From: Mucilaginibacter sp.
Lineage (GTDB): Bacteria > Bacteroidota > Bacteroidia > Sphingobacteriales > Sphingobacteriaceae
Reading direction: 5' to 3'
DNA length: 64,000 nucleotides
Assembly: GCF_964263795.1 (NCBI RefSeq)
Contig: NZ_CAXVWK010000055.1
Span: 34,157-98,156, forward strand
The position numbers were made by a program, and so were the translations under genes. Of this stretch, positions 29,964-41,700 are shown piece after piece (the first letter of the stretch is position 1; every line of letters begins with the position of its first letter). The notes beneath the pieces were generated by a model, which saw only the letters and a program-made list of their open reading frames with translations, was not told the DNA's origin and did not search any database.

Positions 29964-31388
29964 ATGTCTATACATTATTCCTCTTATAGCGAGATTAAGA
30001 GCGGACTGCAAAATGGGGAGATCACGGCTGAAACCCTGGTACAGGGTTACCTGCAGCAAATTACAACACATACACGGTTAAATGTATTTAACGAAGTTTT
30101 TGATCAGGAAGCCACCGCCGCCGCAAAAGCTGTAGATGCTAAAATAAAAGCCGGTACCGCGGGTAAACTGGCGGGGATGGTTATCGCTATAAAAGATAAC
30201 ATCTGTTATAAAGATCATAAGGTTACAGCATCTTCAAAGATCCTGGAGAACTTTACTTCTATCTATTCATCAACAATAGTTGAGCGTTTACTTGCAGAAG
30301 ATGCCATAATTATAGGCCGTTGTAATTGCGATGAATTTGCGATGGGTGCCGCTAACGAAAATTCGTATTTTGGTGCTGTTAAGAATTTTGCGGATGAAAC
30401 AAGGGTATCGGGTGGCTCATCGGGCGGCTCGGCAGTGGCGGTACAGGCGCGTATGTGCCATGCAGCCATTGGTACAGATACCGGCGGCTCCGTTAGGCAG
30501 CCGGCAGCCTTTTGCGGCGTTGTAGGGCTTAAACCTACTTACGGGCGTATTTCCAGGTATGGTATAATCTCATACGCTTCCTCTTTTGATCAGGTGGGCA
30601 CACTTACTCATTCAGTAGAAGATGCAGCCCTGCTTTTACAAGTAATGGCGGGTGCCGATGAATTCGACAGCACATTATCTCATCAGCCGGTTCCGGAATT
30701 CACAGTCGACGGTAAACAGCCAAGCAAAAAGAAAATTGCTTATCTGCAAAAGGCCTTGTCCAGCCCGGGAGTTGACGCTGAGGTGAAAAGCGGCCTTGTC
30801 GAAGCCATTGAAAAATTACGGGCAGATGGCCACGAGGTAAAACCGATCTCTTTCGATTATCTGGATTACCTGGTCCCTACTTATTACATTCTTGCAATGG
30901 CCGAGGCATCGTCAAATCTGGCACGTTATGATGGCGTACATTATGGCTATCGCAGCCCTAATGCAACTGATTTAGAGTCGACTTATAAGCTTTCCCGGTC
31001 AGAGGGGTTTGGTAAGGAAGTGAAGCGCCGGATTATGCTTGGTACCTTTGTGCTTAGCGCCGGCTATTACGATGCTTATTACGCCAAGGCCCAAAAGGTA
31101 CGCCGTTTAATCCGTAATAAAACCAACGAGCTGTTAGAAGAGTTTGATTTTATACTAACCCCAACCGCTCCTGAGCCGGCGTTCAGTATCGGTAAAGAGG
31201 AGAAAGACCCGGTTGTTACTTACCTATACGATATTTTTACAGTGCAGGCGTCGCTGGCAGGTTTGCCGGCAATTTCTTTACCGGTAGGCAATAACAGCAA
31301 AGGTTTGCCGTTAGGTTTGCAGTTATTATCCAAAGCCTTTTCCGAAACCGAACTGTTAAATTTTTCAGAATATTTCCTGAAGCTATAG
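29964..31388 (+). CDS. gatA: Asp-tRNA(Asn)/Glu-tRNA(Gln) amidotransferase subunit A
   Basis: IKDNI, DEFAMG, GGSSGGSA, GTDTGGSVRQPA, SSNLARYDG, EVKRRIMLGT. Confidence 0.95.
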   Translation: MSIHYSSYSEIKSGLQNGEITAETLVQGYLQQITTHTRLNVFNEVFDQEATAAAKAVDAKIKAGTAGKLAGMVIAIKDNICYKDHKVTASSKILENFTSIYSSTIVERLLAEDAIIIGRCNCDEFAMGAANENSYFGAVKNFADETRVSGGSSGGSAVAVQARMCHAAIGTDTGGSVRQPAAFCGVVGLKPTYGRISRYGIISYASSFDQVGTLTHSVEDAALLLQVMAGADEFDSTLSHQPVPEFTVDGKQPSKKKIAYLQKALSSPGVDAEVKSGLVEAIEKLRADGHEVKPISFDYLDYLVPTYYILAMAEASSNLARYDGVHYGYRSPNATDLESTYKLSRSEGFGKEVKRRIMLGTFVLSAGYYDAYYAKAQKVRRLIRNKTNELLEEFDFILTPTAPEPAFSIGKEEKDPVVTYLYDIFTVQASLAGLPAISLPVGNNSKGLPLGLQLLSKAFSETELLNFSEYFLKL

Positions 31389-31447
31389 CAAATCAGTATT
31401 TTAGCGTAACCTATTGCCTCCTCGAAATTATTTTTTTGACGTAAAGT

Positions 31448-32710
31448 ATGAAGAGACTGTTTACTTTTATTATTTGTATTCTTTTACTGCAAATAGTTAA
31501 AGCCAATGCTGCCACCACGTTTCAAAACGCAAAACCGCTGATCGACCTTGCCGATACTACAGTATTGTTACCTGTTGCACAGGTGCCGGTATCCATTTAC
31601 CAGAACGTGATCTTTAAACGGCGGTTAGATTCTATCCAAAAGGATGTCCCTTTAGACTATAATGAGTTTGTACAGGGTTACATTGATAACTACATGGGCC
31701 GGCGTGACGAGATGAGCCGCATCCTGGGACTGACTAAATATTACTTCCCCATTTATGAAAAGGCGTTCCGCGAGGTTGGTATCCCTGACGAAATAAAGTA
31801 TCTTTCGATAGTGGAATCGGCTTTAAACCCTAATGCTGTTTCAAGAGTTGGCGCTGCCGGCCCATGGCAATTTATGAGCGAAACAGCTAAGATCTACGGG
31901 CTTAAAATGAACGATTATGTGGATGAGCGCCGTGATCCGGTACAGGCAAGCTACGCTGCAGCGGCCTATTTAAAAGATGCTTACCAGCAATTTGGCGACT
32001 GGCTGTTAGCAATCGCCTCATATAATTGTGGTAAAAGCAATGTCGAAAAAGCGTTGGAACGCACAGGTGCGCACGATTACTGGTCTATCCGGCAGTACCT
32101 TCCTGCAGAGACTCGGGGCTATGTGCCAGCATACATCGCAGTAAGCTATGTAATGAATTATTATAAAAGACATAACCTGACAACCTACGCAAGCAGCATA
32201 AGCACCCAAACGGATACCGTTACGGTAAAAAAATATGTGCCGATGAGTAAAATTGCTCAGGCATTGGGCATCAGCCTTAAAGATATCAGCGTTTTAAACC
32301 CTTCTTACCGCATGTCCGTCATAAATGGCACTGATAAAGCGCCGCGTAAGTTGGTCATTCCCCAAACTATTAAAGAGCGTTACGCTGCACTTAATACTGT
32401 TTTAAATAATCCGGAAGGGCCGGTACCGGTAGTCAATGTTCCGGTTTACACTGCGTCTGTTCAGCAAAGGCAAATTGTTGCATCAGGGCAGGCTAATGGC
32501 GTTGGTTACACGCAGGGCAACCCAGCGGTACCCGGCGCGCCGCATTTTGTTCCAGCCTATCATACCACGCAAAAAGGCGATACATTTACCTCTATTGCAG
32601 CAAAGTATGGCGTTAATGTAGATGAACTGCTAAAACTAAATGTAGAATTTGGTAACAGCAAAACAGTTCACCTGCAACCCGGCCTAACAGTGAAAGTAAC
32701 AAAGGGTTAA
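31448..32710 (+). CDS. lytic transglycosylase (MltD-like, SLT + LysM)
   Basis: SIVESAL, GAAGPWQFM, YNCGK, ETRGYVP; C-terminal LysM (KGDTFTSIAAKYGVNVDELLKLN). Confidence 0.9.
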   Translation: MKRLFTFIICILLLQIVKANAATTFQNAKPLIDLADTTVLLPVAQVPVSIYQNVIFKRRLDSIQKDVPLDYNEFVQGYIDNYMGRRDEMSRILGLTKYYFPIYEKAFREVGIPDEIKYLSIVESALNPNAVSRVGAAGPWQFMSETAKIYGLKMNDYVDERRDPVQASYAAAAYLKDAYQQFGDWLLAIASYNCGKSNVEKALERTGAHDYWSIRQYLPAETRGYVPAYIAVSYVMNYYKRHNLTTYASSISTQTDTVTVKKYVPMSKIAQALGISLKDISVLNPSYRMSVINGTDKAPRKLVIPQTIKERYAALNTVLNNPEGPVPVVNVPVYTASVQQRQIVASGQANGVGYTQGNPAVPGAPHFVPAYHTTQKGDTFTSIAAKYGVNVDELLKLNVEFGNSKTVHLQPGLTVKVTKG

Positions 32711-32724
32711 AGAGATATTTTACT

Positions 32725-32764
32725 AAGCCCGGTTTTGATGTAATTCGAAGCCGGGCTTTTTTAT
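32725..32764 (+). terminator. intrinsic terminator
   Basis: AAGCCCGGTTTT..GAAGCCGGGCTT followed by T tract. Confidence 0.75.
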
Positions 32765-32788
32765 TGCCCGGTTTCGTAAAAAGTAATG

Positions 32789-32796
32789 TAATTTTG
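32789..32796 (+). promoter_or_regulatory. Bacteroidota -7 element upstream of maeB
   Basis: TAATTTTG fits TAnnTTTG. Confidence 0.45.
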
Positions 32797-32818
32797 GGCG
32801 CTTGAATTTGAGAGAACC

Positions 32819-35116
32819 ATGAATAAAACCAATCGTAAACAGGAAGCCTTAAATTACCACTCAAAAGGCCGCCCCGGTAAAATACAGGTAGTGCCAACCA
32901 AACCTACCAATTCACAACGCGATCTTACAATGGCTTACTCGCCTGGTGTGGCCGAGCCCTGCCTGCGTATAGCAGAAAATGTAGACGACGTGTATAAATA
33001 TACTGCTAAGGGAAACTTAGTTGCAGTGATAAGTAATGGTACTGCGGTGTTGGGCCTGGGCAACATTGGCCCCGAGGCCAGTAAGCCGGTAATGGAAGGT
33101 AAAGGCCTGCTGTTTAAGATCTACGCGGATATTGATGTGTTCGATTTGGAGGTGAATGCTAAATCGGTAGATGAGTTTGTTAACATAGTTAAAGCGCTTG
33201 AGCCAACTTTTGGCGGCGTTAACCTGGAGGATATATCTGCACCAACCTGTTTCGAAATCGAGCGCAGGCTAAAGGCGGAGATGAAGATTCCCGTAATGCA
33301 TGATGATCAGCATGGTACGGCTATAATATCCGGCGCTGCGCTGATGAACGCCTGCGAAATTCAGGGTAAAAAGCTGGACAAAATAAAAATGGTAGTGAAC
33401 GGTGCAGGTGCTGCAGCTGTGTCATGTACTAAAATGTACCTTTCATTAGGGGTAAAAAAAGAGAACCTGGTAATGTTTGATATAAACGGCCTGCTTACAC
33501 CAGACCGTACCGATCTTGACGAAATGCGCCTGCAATTTGCAACACATCGTACAGATATTACCACTTTGGCTGATGCCATGAAAAACGCCGATGTATTTGT
33601 TGGCCTGTCGGCAGGTAATGTGGTTACACCGGCAATGCTGGTAAGCATGGCTAAAAATCCAATTGTTTTTGCCATGGCTAATCCCGAGCCAGAGATCAAC
33701 TACGACATTGCCATCGCTGCCCGTAAGGATATCATCATGGCAACCGGCCGTTCTGATTTCCCTAACCAGGTAAACAACGTTTTGGGTTTCCCGTACATAT
33801 TCCGTGGTGCTCTGGATGTTAGGGCGACTGCAATTAACGAAGAGATGAAGATCGCAGCGGTACATGCCATCGCCGAAATGGCCAAAAGGCCTGTCCCAGA
33901 AGCTGTGAACATGGCTTACAACATCACCAACCTTAAATTTGGCCGCGATTACATCATCCCTAAACCGATGGATCAGCGGTTGATAACAGAAGTGTCATCG
34001 GCTGTGGCAAGGGCGGCAATGGAATCGGGCGTGGCGCGTAAAGCCATTACAGATTGGGATGCATATAACGAAGAACTTTTGTCGCGCTTGGGCAATAACA
34101 ATAAGTTAATGCGCGATATTACCAATAAAGCCAAGCAGGAGCCAAAACGTGTGGTTTTTGCCGAGGCAGATACCTATAAGATATTGCGTGCCGCGCAGAT
34201 TGTTAAAGATGAAGGCATCGCTATTCCTATTCTTTTAGGAAATATCCAAAAAATTAAACAGATCATCAAGGATAATGAATTGGAGCTTGATGATGTGGAA
34301 ATGATTGATACCCGCGACGATTGCGAACGGTCGCATGAATTTGCAGAGTTTTTATTTAAAAAGCGCCAGCGCCGTGGTATTACCATGCTTGAGGCAAAAA
34401 AGCTCATCATTGACCGTAATTATTACGGCGCATGCATGGTTCAGTTTGGCGAAGCTGATGCACTGATCTCCGGCCTGACAAAAAATTATGTATCGACCAT
34501 TAAACCTGCACTTCAGATCATCGGTACTGAAGAAGGCGTAAGCAGAGTGGCGGGTATGTATTTAATGATAACTGAAAAAGGCCCGGTATTTTTTGGAGAT
34601 ACCACCGTGAACGTAAACCCAACAACGCAGGAACTGGTAGATATAACCGTATTGGTGGAGCGTTCGGTTACCCGCTTCAATATTAAACCAAGGGTAGCGT
34701 TACTCTCATATTCTAATTTTGGTTCTAACGAAGGCGAGATCCCTGAAAAGACGCGCGAAGCAGTACGGATCTTACATGATAAATATCCTAATATGGTAGT
34801 AGATGGCGAGATGCAGGCAAACTTTGCTTTAAACTCATCATTACTGAAAGAGAATTTTGAATTCTCAACATTAAATGGCAGCCCGGCCAACACTTTGATT
34901 TTCCCTACGCTCGAGGCCGGTAACATTGCTTATAAGCTGTTGCAGGAAATTGGCGGTGCCGAGGCAGTTGGCCCTATCCTGTTAGGTTTAAAGAAACCGG
35001 TACATGTACTTCAATTAGGCAGTTCGGTACGCGAAATTGTAAACATGGTGACTATCGCCGTTATTGATGCGCAGGCCAAAGCCCGTGACGCGCAGGCAAA
35101 AACTAAAAAGAAATAA
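32819..35116 (+). CDS. maeB: NADP-dependent malic enzyme with PTA-like domain
   Basis: [39 protein letters not shown]; C-terminal phosphotransacetylase-like domain. Confidence 0.96.
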   Translation: MNKTNRKQEALNYHSKGRPGKIQVVPTKPTNSQRDLTMAYSPGVAEPCLRIAENVDDVYKYTAKGNLVAVISNGTAVLGLGNIGPEASKPVMEGKGLLFKIYADIDVFDLEVNAKSVDEFVNIVKALEPTFGGVNLEDISAPTCFEIERRLKAEMKIPVMHDDQHGTAIISGAALMNACEIQGKKLDKIKMVVNGAGAAAVSCTKMYLSLGVKKENLVMFDINGLLTPDRTDLDEMRLQFATHRTDITTLADAMKNADVFVGLSAGNVVTPAMLVSMAKNPIVFAMANPEPEINYDIAIAARKDIIMATGRSDFPNQVNNVLGFPYIFRGALDVRATAINEEMKIAAVHAIAEMAKRPVPEAVNMAYNITNLKFGRDYIIPKPMDQRLITEVSSAVARAAMESGVARKAITDWDAYNEELLSRLGNNNKLMRDITNKAKQEPKRVVFAEADTYKILRAAQIVKDEGIAIPILLGNIQKIKQIIKDNELELDDVEMIDTRDDCERSHEFAEFLFKKRQRRGITMLEAKKLIIDRNYYGACMVQFGEADALISGLTKNYVSTIKPALQIIGTEEGVSRVAGMYLMITEKGPVFFGDTTVNVNPTTQELVDITVLVERSVTRFNIKPRVALLSYSNFGSNEGEIPEKTREAVRILHDKYPNMVVDGEMQANFALNSSLLKENFEFSTLNGSPANTLIFPTLEAGNIAYKLLQEIGGAEAVGPILLGLKKPVHVLQLGSSVREIVNMVTIAVIDAQAKARDAQAKTKKK

Positions 35117-35127
35117 ATCTTATATAC

Positions 35128-35712
35128 ATGTACGATTATATTGATGGTAAATTAGCATTTAAAAGCCCCGCCCATGTTGTTATAGATGCGGGTGGGGTTG
35201 GTTATTACATTAATATATCGCTTAACACCTACTCCCAAATAGCTGAGGGCGAGCACTGTAAGCTTTTTGTTTGGCTGCATGTGAAAGAGGATGCACACAC
35301 CCTTTATGGTTTTGCTACAGAGGGCGAGCGCAGGCTTTTTCAGCATTTGATCTCCATATCCGGTATTGGCCCCAATACCGGCCGCATGATGCTCTCATCT
35401 ATCACCCCTGCCGAGATCCAGGCGGCAATTGTACAGGGCAATGTTGCGCTTATTCAGCGCATAAAAGGCATTGGCCCTAAGTCGGCACAACGGATAATTT
35501 TAGAATTGCAGGATAAGCTCCGCAAAGAAGGCCCGGATACCCTTACCGTGATGCCTGCATCTGCGACTGTTAAGGACGAAGCATTAGCAGCACTGGTTAT
35601 GTTGGGCTTTGTGCGCAACAATGCAGAGAAAGTTCTGGATCAGGAAATTGCAAAATATAGCGGCGTTTTAACCGTTGAACAGTTAATTAAGTTCGCGTTA
35701 AAAAGCTTATAA
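35128..35712 (+). CDS. ruvA: Holliday junction branch migration protein RuvA
   Basis: GGVGY, LYGF, SGIGP, IKGIGPKSAQRIILELQDK. Confidence 0.96.
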   Translation: MYDYIDGKLAFKSPAHVVIDAGGVGYYINISLNTYSQIAEGEHCKLFVWLHVKEDAHTLYGFATEGERRLFQHLISISGIGPNTGRMMLSSITPAEIQAAIVQGNVALIQRIKGIGPKSAQRIILELQDKLRKEGPDTLTVMPASATVKDEALAALVMLGFVRNNAEKVLDQEIAKYSGVLTVEQLIKFALKSL

Positions 35713-35733
35713 TTACCTACAATTTTTTGCCCC

Positions 35734-38700
35734 TTGATTAGACTCTCTACTTATAGTATATGTATAGGTATTTTATTTATTGCTGCATTTTGCGGGGTAG
35801 GGAAGGTGTATGCACAACAAACGCCGGTTACCGGTACGTCCCCGGCAAACAAGCCAGGGCAAACTACGCAGCAACCGCTAAATAGTACACCGGGCAACAG
35901 ATCGCTGCCGGGGATACGACCTGCCCTTACAAAGCAAGCCGCTGCGCCCGCAACATCAACGGTAAAACCGCAATCGGCGCGGGATACCCTGCCTCCTGTA
36001 AAAGCAACGCCTAAACTATCCAAAACAAAAAATCAGCAGATACGGGAAGGTAACTTTCTGTTCGACCCACCAGGGTTGATCCGAACGGTAGAATATGATC
36101 CGCTTACCAATATGTACATTTTGTATGAACGTGTAGGTAACTTATTATATCGTGCGCCGCAGTATTTAACATTTATGCAGTACCTGGAATTGCAGCAAAA
36201 AGGGTTAAAGCGCGATTATTTTAAACAACTGGCAGATAATTATGCGTATGATTCGCAGCAGGAAGGTTTTATTCCGCAGTTTAAGGTGCGCAGCAAAACG
36301 TTCGAGCAGATCTTCGGTAGCTCGGTGATCGATATCCGCCCGCAAGGCTCGGCAGAGGTGATTTTAGCCGGGCAGGTAAATAGCAATCAAAACCCGCTTT
36401 TTAATACCCGTCAGCGCAAACAGTTTAATTTTAATTTCGATCAGCGTATCCAGCTTAATGTAACAGGTAACATTGGCGATAAATTAAAAATCTCTACCAA
36501 CTACAATACCGAAGCCCAATTCCAATTCGAGAACCAGATTAAACTGGACTATACCGGTCATCCGGACGAGATCATCCAGAAAATTGAGGCAGGTACGGTT
36601 AGTTTGCCGCTCAATACCACATTAATAAGCGGCAGCCAGGCACTATTTGGTGTAAAAACCAAATTGAAATTTGGCAAGCTGGATGTAACAAGTATATTTT
36701 CGCAGCAACGGTCACAGTCAAAAAATATTACCATTACAAATGGCTCGCAGCAGGGATACATCAATCTCACGCCGGCGGACTACGAATCTAACAAGCATTA
36801 TTTTTTGTCGCAGTATTTCCGCAACAATTACAATCGGGCGCTGGCTAACATTCCTATTATAAGCTCCAATATCAATATTACTAAAATTGAAGTATGGACG
36901 ACCAACCGTACCAATGTTACTACTGATTCGCGCGATATCATCGCATTTCTTGATCTCGGGGAAAACCGTCCTTATAATGGCACTTTGATACAGGGTGGTG
37001 CAGGCTTCAGCGGCTTACCCGCAGGTTTCCGGGGGCCAGGTTTTGTGCAGCAATCTAACTCGCTGCTACAAAATTTACCACCGGGAGCACGTGTGACAAA
37101 TTCAAATGATGTGGCCAATTATTTCAGGGCAACAGGGGCAACAGACAACTATTCTAAATTAACCTACGCCCGCAAATTGGTGCAGGGTAAGGAGTACAAT
37201 TTATCGCCACAGTTGGGATACATCTCGCTGAACTATCCGTTAAATAATGATGAAGTGCTGGCAGTGGCTTATCAGTACTCCTACAACGGGCAAACCTTCC
37301 AGGTTGGTGAGTTTAGCAGCGATGTTGCGGTTGACCCTGCAACACCAAAAGCGTTGTTTGTAAAATTGCTGAAGAATGAATTACTAAAAACCAATCTGCC
37401 CACCTGGGACCTGATGATGAAAAACATTTACACCACAGGTGCATTCCAGATCAGCCCGACTAATTTTAAGCTGAACATTAGCCGGCTGGATGATAAATCG
37501 GGGATCGAAAAAACGATAATGGACGAGGGGCAGAACACCAAAAGCAAGCGCTGGCTACAACTTACGGGGTTGGATAACCTGGATCAGCAAAATGCGAAAA
37601 ATCCTGATGGTTATTTCGACTTTTTGGAAGGTATTACCATCGATTCGCAAAACGGGCGTATTATGTTCCCGGTGCTGGAGCCTTTTGGTAGCGATCTTGC
37701 CCGGCAGTTTACCACAGGCGAGGCAGACCTTGCTAATCGTTACGTGTATCAGCCCTTGTATGATTCTACAAAGACCATCGCCCAGCAATTTTTTCCTAAG
37801 CTTAACCGATACCTAATCAAAGGCACTTATACCTCGCAAGGTGGGTCAGAGTATCAGTTAAATGCCGTTAATATTCCGCAAGGCTCTGTTGTGGTAACTG
37901 CCGGTACGCTAAAACTACAGGAAGGTACCGATTATACTATCGATTACAGCGCCGGCCGTATCCGTGTGCTTAATCAGGCGTTGTTACAATCCGGGCAGCC
38001 CATCAACATCAAGCTGGAAAATAATGAGTTGTTCGGAGTGCAGCAAAAATCATTCTACGGCTCCAGGTTTGATTATCGGGTGAACCCCAAACTGGCACTT
38101 GGCGCAACTATCATGCACCTTACCGAACAACCCATCACCCAAAACGAAATTGTTGGCGAAGAGTCTATCTCCAATACCATCTGGGGGGCTGATGTCAATT
38201 ACAGTTCCGAGTCGCGTTTCTTAACCAAATTGGTTGACAAAATCCCATTTATTAACACTAAAGCACCATCAACCGTAAACTTTAGCGGCGAGTTTGCCAA
38301 ATTGATGCCGGGCAGCCCGGGTGCGCTCAACTTTGCCGGTTCAAAAAACGGAACCTCTTATTTAGATGATTTTGAAAACAGCCGATCTATCATCGATATC
38401 AAAAGCGCCATAAACTGGCAAATTGCTGGTACGCCGCAAATGTTCCCGGAGGCACAGTCTTTTAATGATCTGAGCTATGGCTTTAACCGCGCCCGTCTGG
38501 CTTTTTACAACATCGACCCTATTTTCTACACCAGCTCAAACTCTATTGGTATTAATCGCGCTGAACTATCTAACCATTACGTACGGCAAATTATTGAGCA
38601 GGAAGTGTTTCCATACAAGCAATCGGTTACCGGGCAGCCATTAAGCCTTCCTACATTAAACCTTGCTTTTTATCCAACCATACGCGGCCAGTATAACTAT

Positions 38701-41700
38701 GCTACCACCGGTATAAATAGCGATGGTACACTGCAAAACCCGCGTAACCGCTGGGGAGGTATCTTCCGAAAATTAGAGACTAATGACTTTGAATCGCTAA
38801 ATGTAGGCTACATCGAATTCTGGATGATGGATCCGTTCATTTACAAACCTGCATCCGCCGGAGGTGATCTGTATTTTAACCTTGGTAGTGTGTCTGAAGA
38901 TATTTTGAAGGACGGGCGCAAAAGCCTGGAGAACAGCCTGCCGGTTGATGGCAGCACTGATAAAACAGATGAAACCGTTTGGGGCCGGGTATCCAAGCTG
39001 CAGCCGGTGATCAATGCTTTCGACAACAACCCGGATGCCCGCAGGCTGCAGGATGTAGGCTTGGATGGCTTAAACGATGTAGGTGAGAACACTAAATTCT
39101 CGGCCTTTGTAGCGCAGGCCAAAGCGGTACTAAGTCCATCGGCCGCTAGTACGCTTACAACCGATCCTTCGTCTGATAATTACCAGTATTACCAGGGTCC
39201 TGATCTGGATGCCTCCCGTGCGGGGATCCTTGACCGTTACGGCAGGTACAACGGTACCGAAGGCAACTCTAAAACGGCCGAGCAATCGCAGGCGGAGTTG
39301 GGGCTGCAAACCTCCGCATCAACATCACTGCCGGATGGCGAAGATATTAACCGCGACAACAACATGAGCCAAACGGACGAGTATTACCAATATCGCGTAT
39401 CGGTGCGGCCGCAGGATATGGTTATCGGCCAAAATTTTATCAGCGATAAGGTAACATCGCAAGTTAAGCTCGCAAATGGCACCACCCAGGCTGTTACGTG
39501 GTACCAGTTCCGCATACCTATTAATGATTATCAGAGTAAAGTGGGCAACATCCAGGACTTTAAGGCTATCCGGTTTATGCGGATGTTTATGACCAATTTT
39601 GCCGATACATCGGTATTACGCTTTGCAACCCTGCAGTTAGTACGGAGCGAGTGGCGAACGTTTAACGCCGAAAATAACCCGGCTAACATAATAGTTGATC
39701 CGGCCATTGCCAACCCGGTTATAGATAACTCAAACCTGGATGTGCAGGCCGTAAATATTGAGGAGAATGGTAACCGTACGCCGATACCGTACGTGGTGCC
39801 ACCAGGCATAAACCGCCAGCGTAACTACAATAACCTGCAAACCGATACCCGCTTAAACGAGCAATCTTTGTCGCTCAATGTAACCCAGCTGCGCGATGGA
39901 TATTCGAGGGCTGCATTCCGTACTTTTTATAACGACCTGCGGTCATACAAAAAGATCCAGATGTTTATCCATGCTGAGGGTGACCAGTTGAGGGATAATG
40001 ATTTAAATGCTTTTGTGCGTTTGGGGGTAGATTATCAGGATAACTATTACGAATACGAGGTTCCATTAAGTATTACCCAGCCCGGCACCCGCGACCCGGA
40101 TGCCATTTGGCCCGCAAACAACGAGCTTAACCTTACACTATCCATTTTAACAGATGCCAAGCTGGCCCGTAACAATGCAAAACTCAACGGCCAGCCATGG
40201 CCCTTTACCGTACCTTTTACTTACACCGACGGCCAAAACAAAGTAACTATAAAGGGCCAGCCCGATTTAAGCCGCCTGCGTGCCATTATGCTGGGTGTGC
40301 GTAACCCATACCGCCCTAACCGGCCGGGCGATGATGGCTTAGATAAGTCTGGTACTGTTTGGTTTGATGAATTGCGCCTTACAGATTTTGACCAGCGCGG
40401 CGGATGGGCGGCAACGGCCAGGTTTGACGCCGCCCTGGCCGATTTTGGTAACGTAACCGTTGCCGGCAGTAAAAGTACTATTGGTTTTGGTACAATAGAC
40501 TCAAGGGTAAGCGACCGCAGCCGCAGCGATAATCAGGTTATTGACGTAAGCGGTAGTTTAGAACTGGGTAAGTTTTTCCCGGAAAAGAGCGGTATCCGCA
40601 TCCCGGCTTACGTAAATTATTCTACACAAAAAAGTACGCCCCAATATGATCCCGGCTCACCGGATGTTGAACTAAAAAAATCTTTAGCGGCAGCGCCCAC
40701 CACCAAGGCTCGCGATTCAATTAAGAATGTTACGGTAGATTATACCGTGCGTAAAAGCATCAATTTTACCAACGTACATAAAGAGCGTACCAATCCTACA
40801 GCCAATAATCATATTTGGGACGTAGAAAATTTTAGCGCTACCTACGCCTATACGGAATATCAGCACCATGATTTTATTGTTGAAAATGATTTTTCGAAAA
40901 CATATCGGGTAGCGCTGGCTTACAACTATGCTAATCAGCCTAAGTATTACACCCCTTTAGCCAAACGCATCAAGAGCAACTTATTAGCATTGGCACGTGA
41001 TTTTAATTACAGCCTGCTGCCATCGCGCTTAAATTTCAGCATCAACTTTGATCGTTTTTATTCAGAAAATACCCTTCGCAATAACGATCCCAACAACTTT
41101 ATACCTATACCAACCAGTTTTAACAAAAACTTTAATATTACCCGTGTTTATGGTATCGGCTGGAATTTATCCAAATCGCTGCAGATGGATATAGATGCCA
41201 CCAACCTTTCAGTAGTGGATGAGCCGGCCGGCCGTATCAATGGCTTAAAGCGCGATACCCTTTGGGACAACTTAAAAAGGCTTGGCCGCACTACCAACTA
41301 CAACCACACTATTAACTTTAACTATACTACTCCGATCAACAAGATACCCGGGCTGGATTGGACAGCACTATTGGCACGTTACAGCACCCACTTTAACTGG
41401 CAAACACAGCCTGAATTCGCCATTAATAATCCTGCGTATGATATAGGTAACAGCATCCAGAACTCGCGCAGTATACAGCTTAACCCAACACTTAATTTTA
41501 ACGGCCTGTACAACAAATTCAGGGGATTGCGCAAAAACAGTAATACCGACCAGGGCGGCATAGGTAAATTTTTCTTGAGGATACTTACCGGTATAAAAAA
41601 TATAAATGGTACCTATACCCGTACCGAAGGGACGTTTTTACCCGGCTATCTGCCGCAATCTAACCTGTTTGGGCAGGATCTTACGTATGATGCGCCCGGT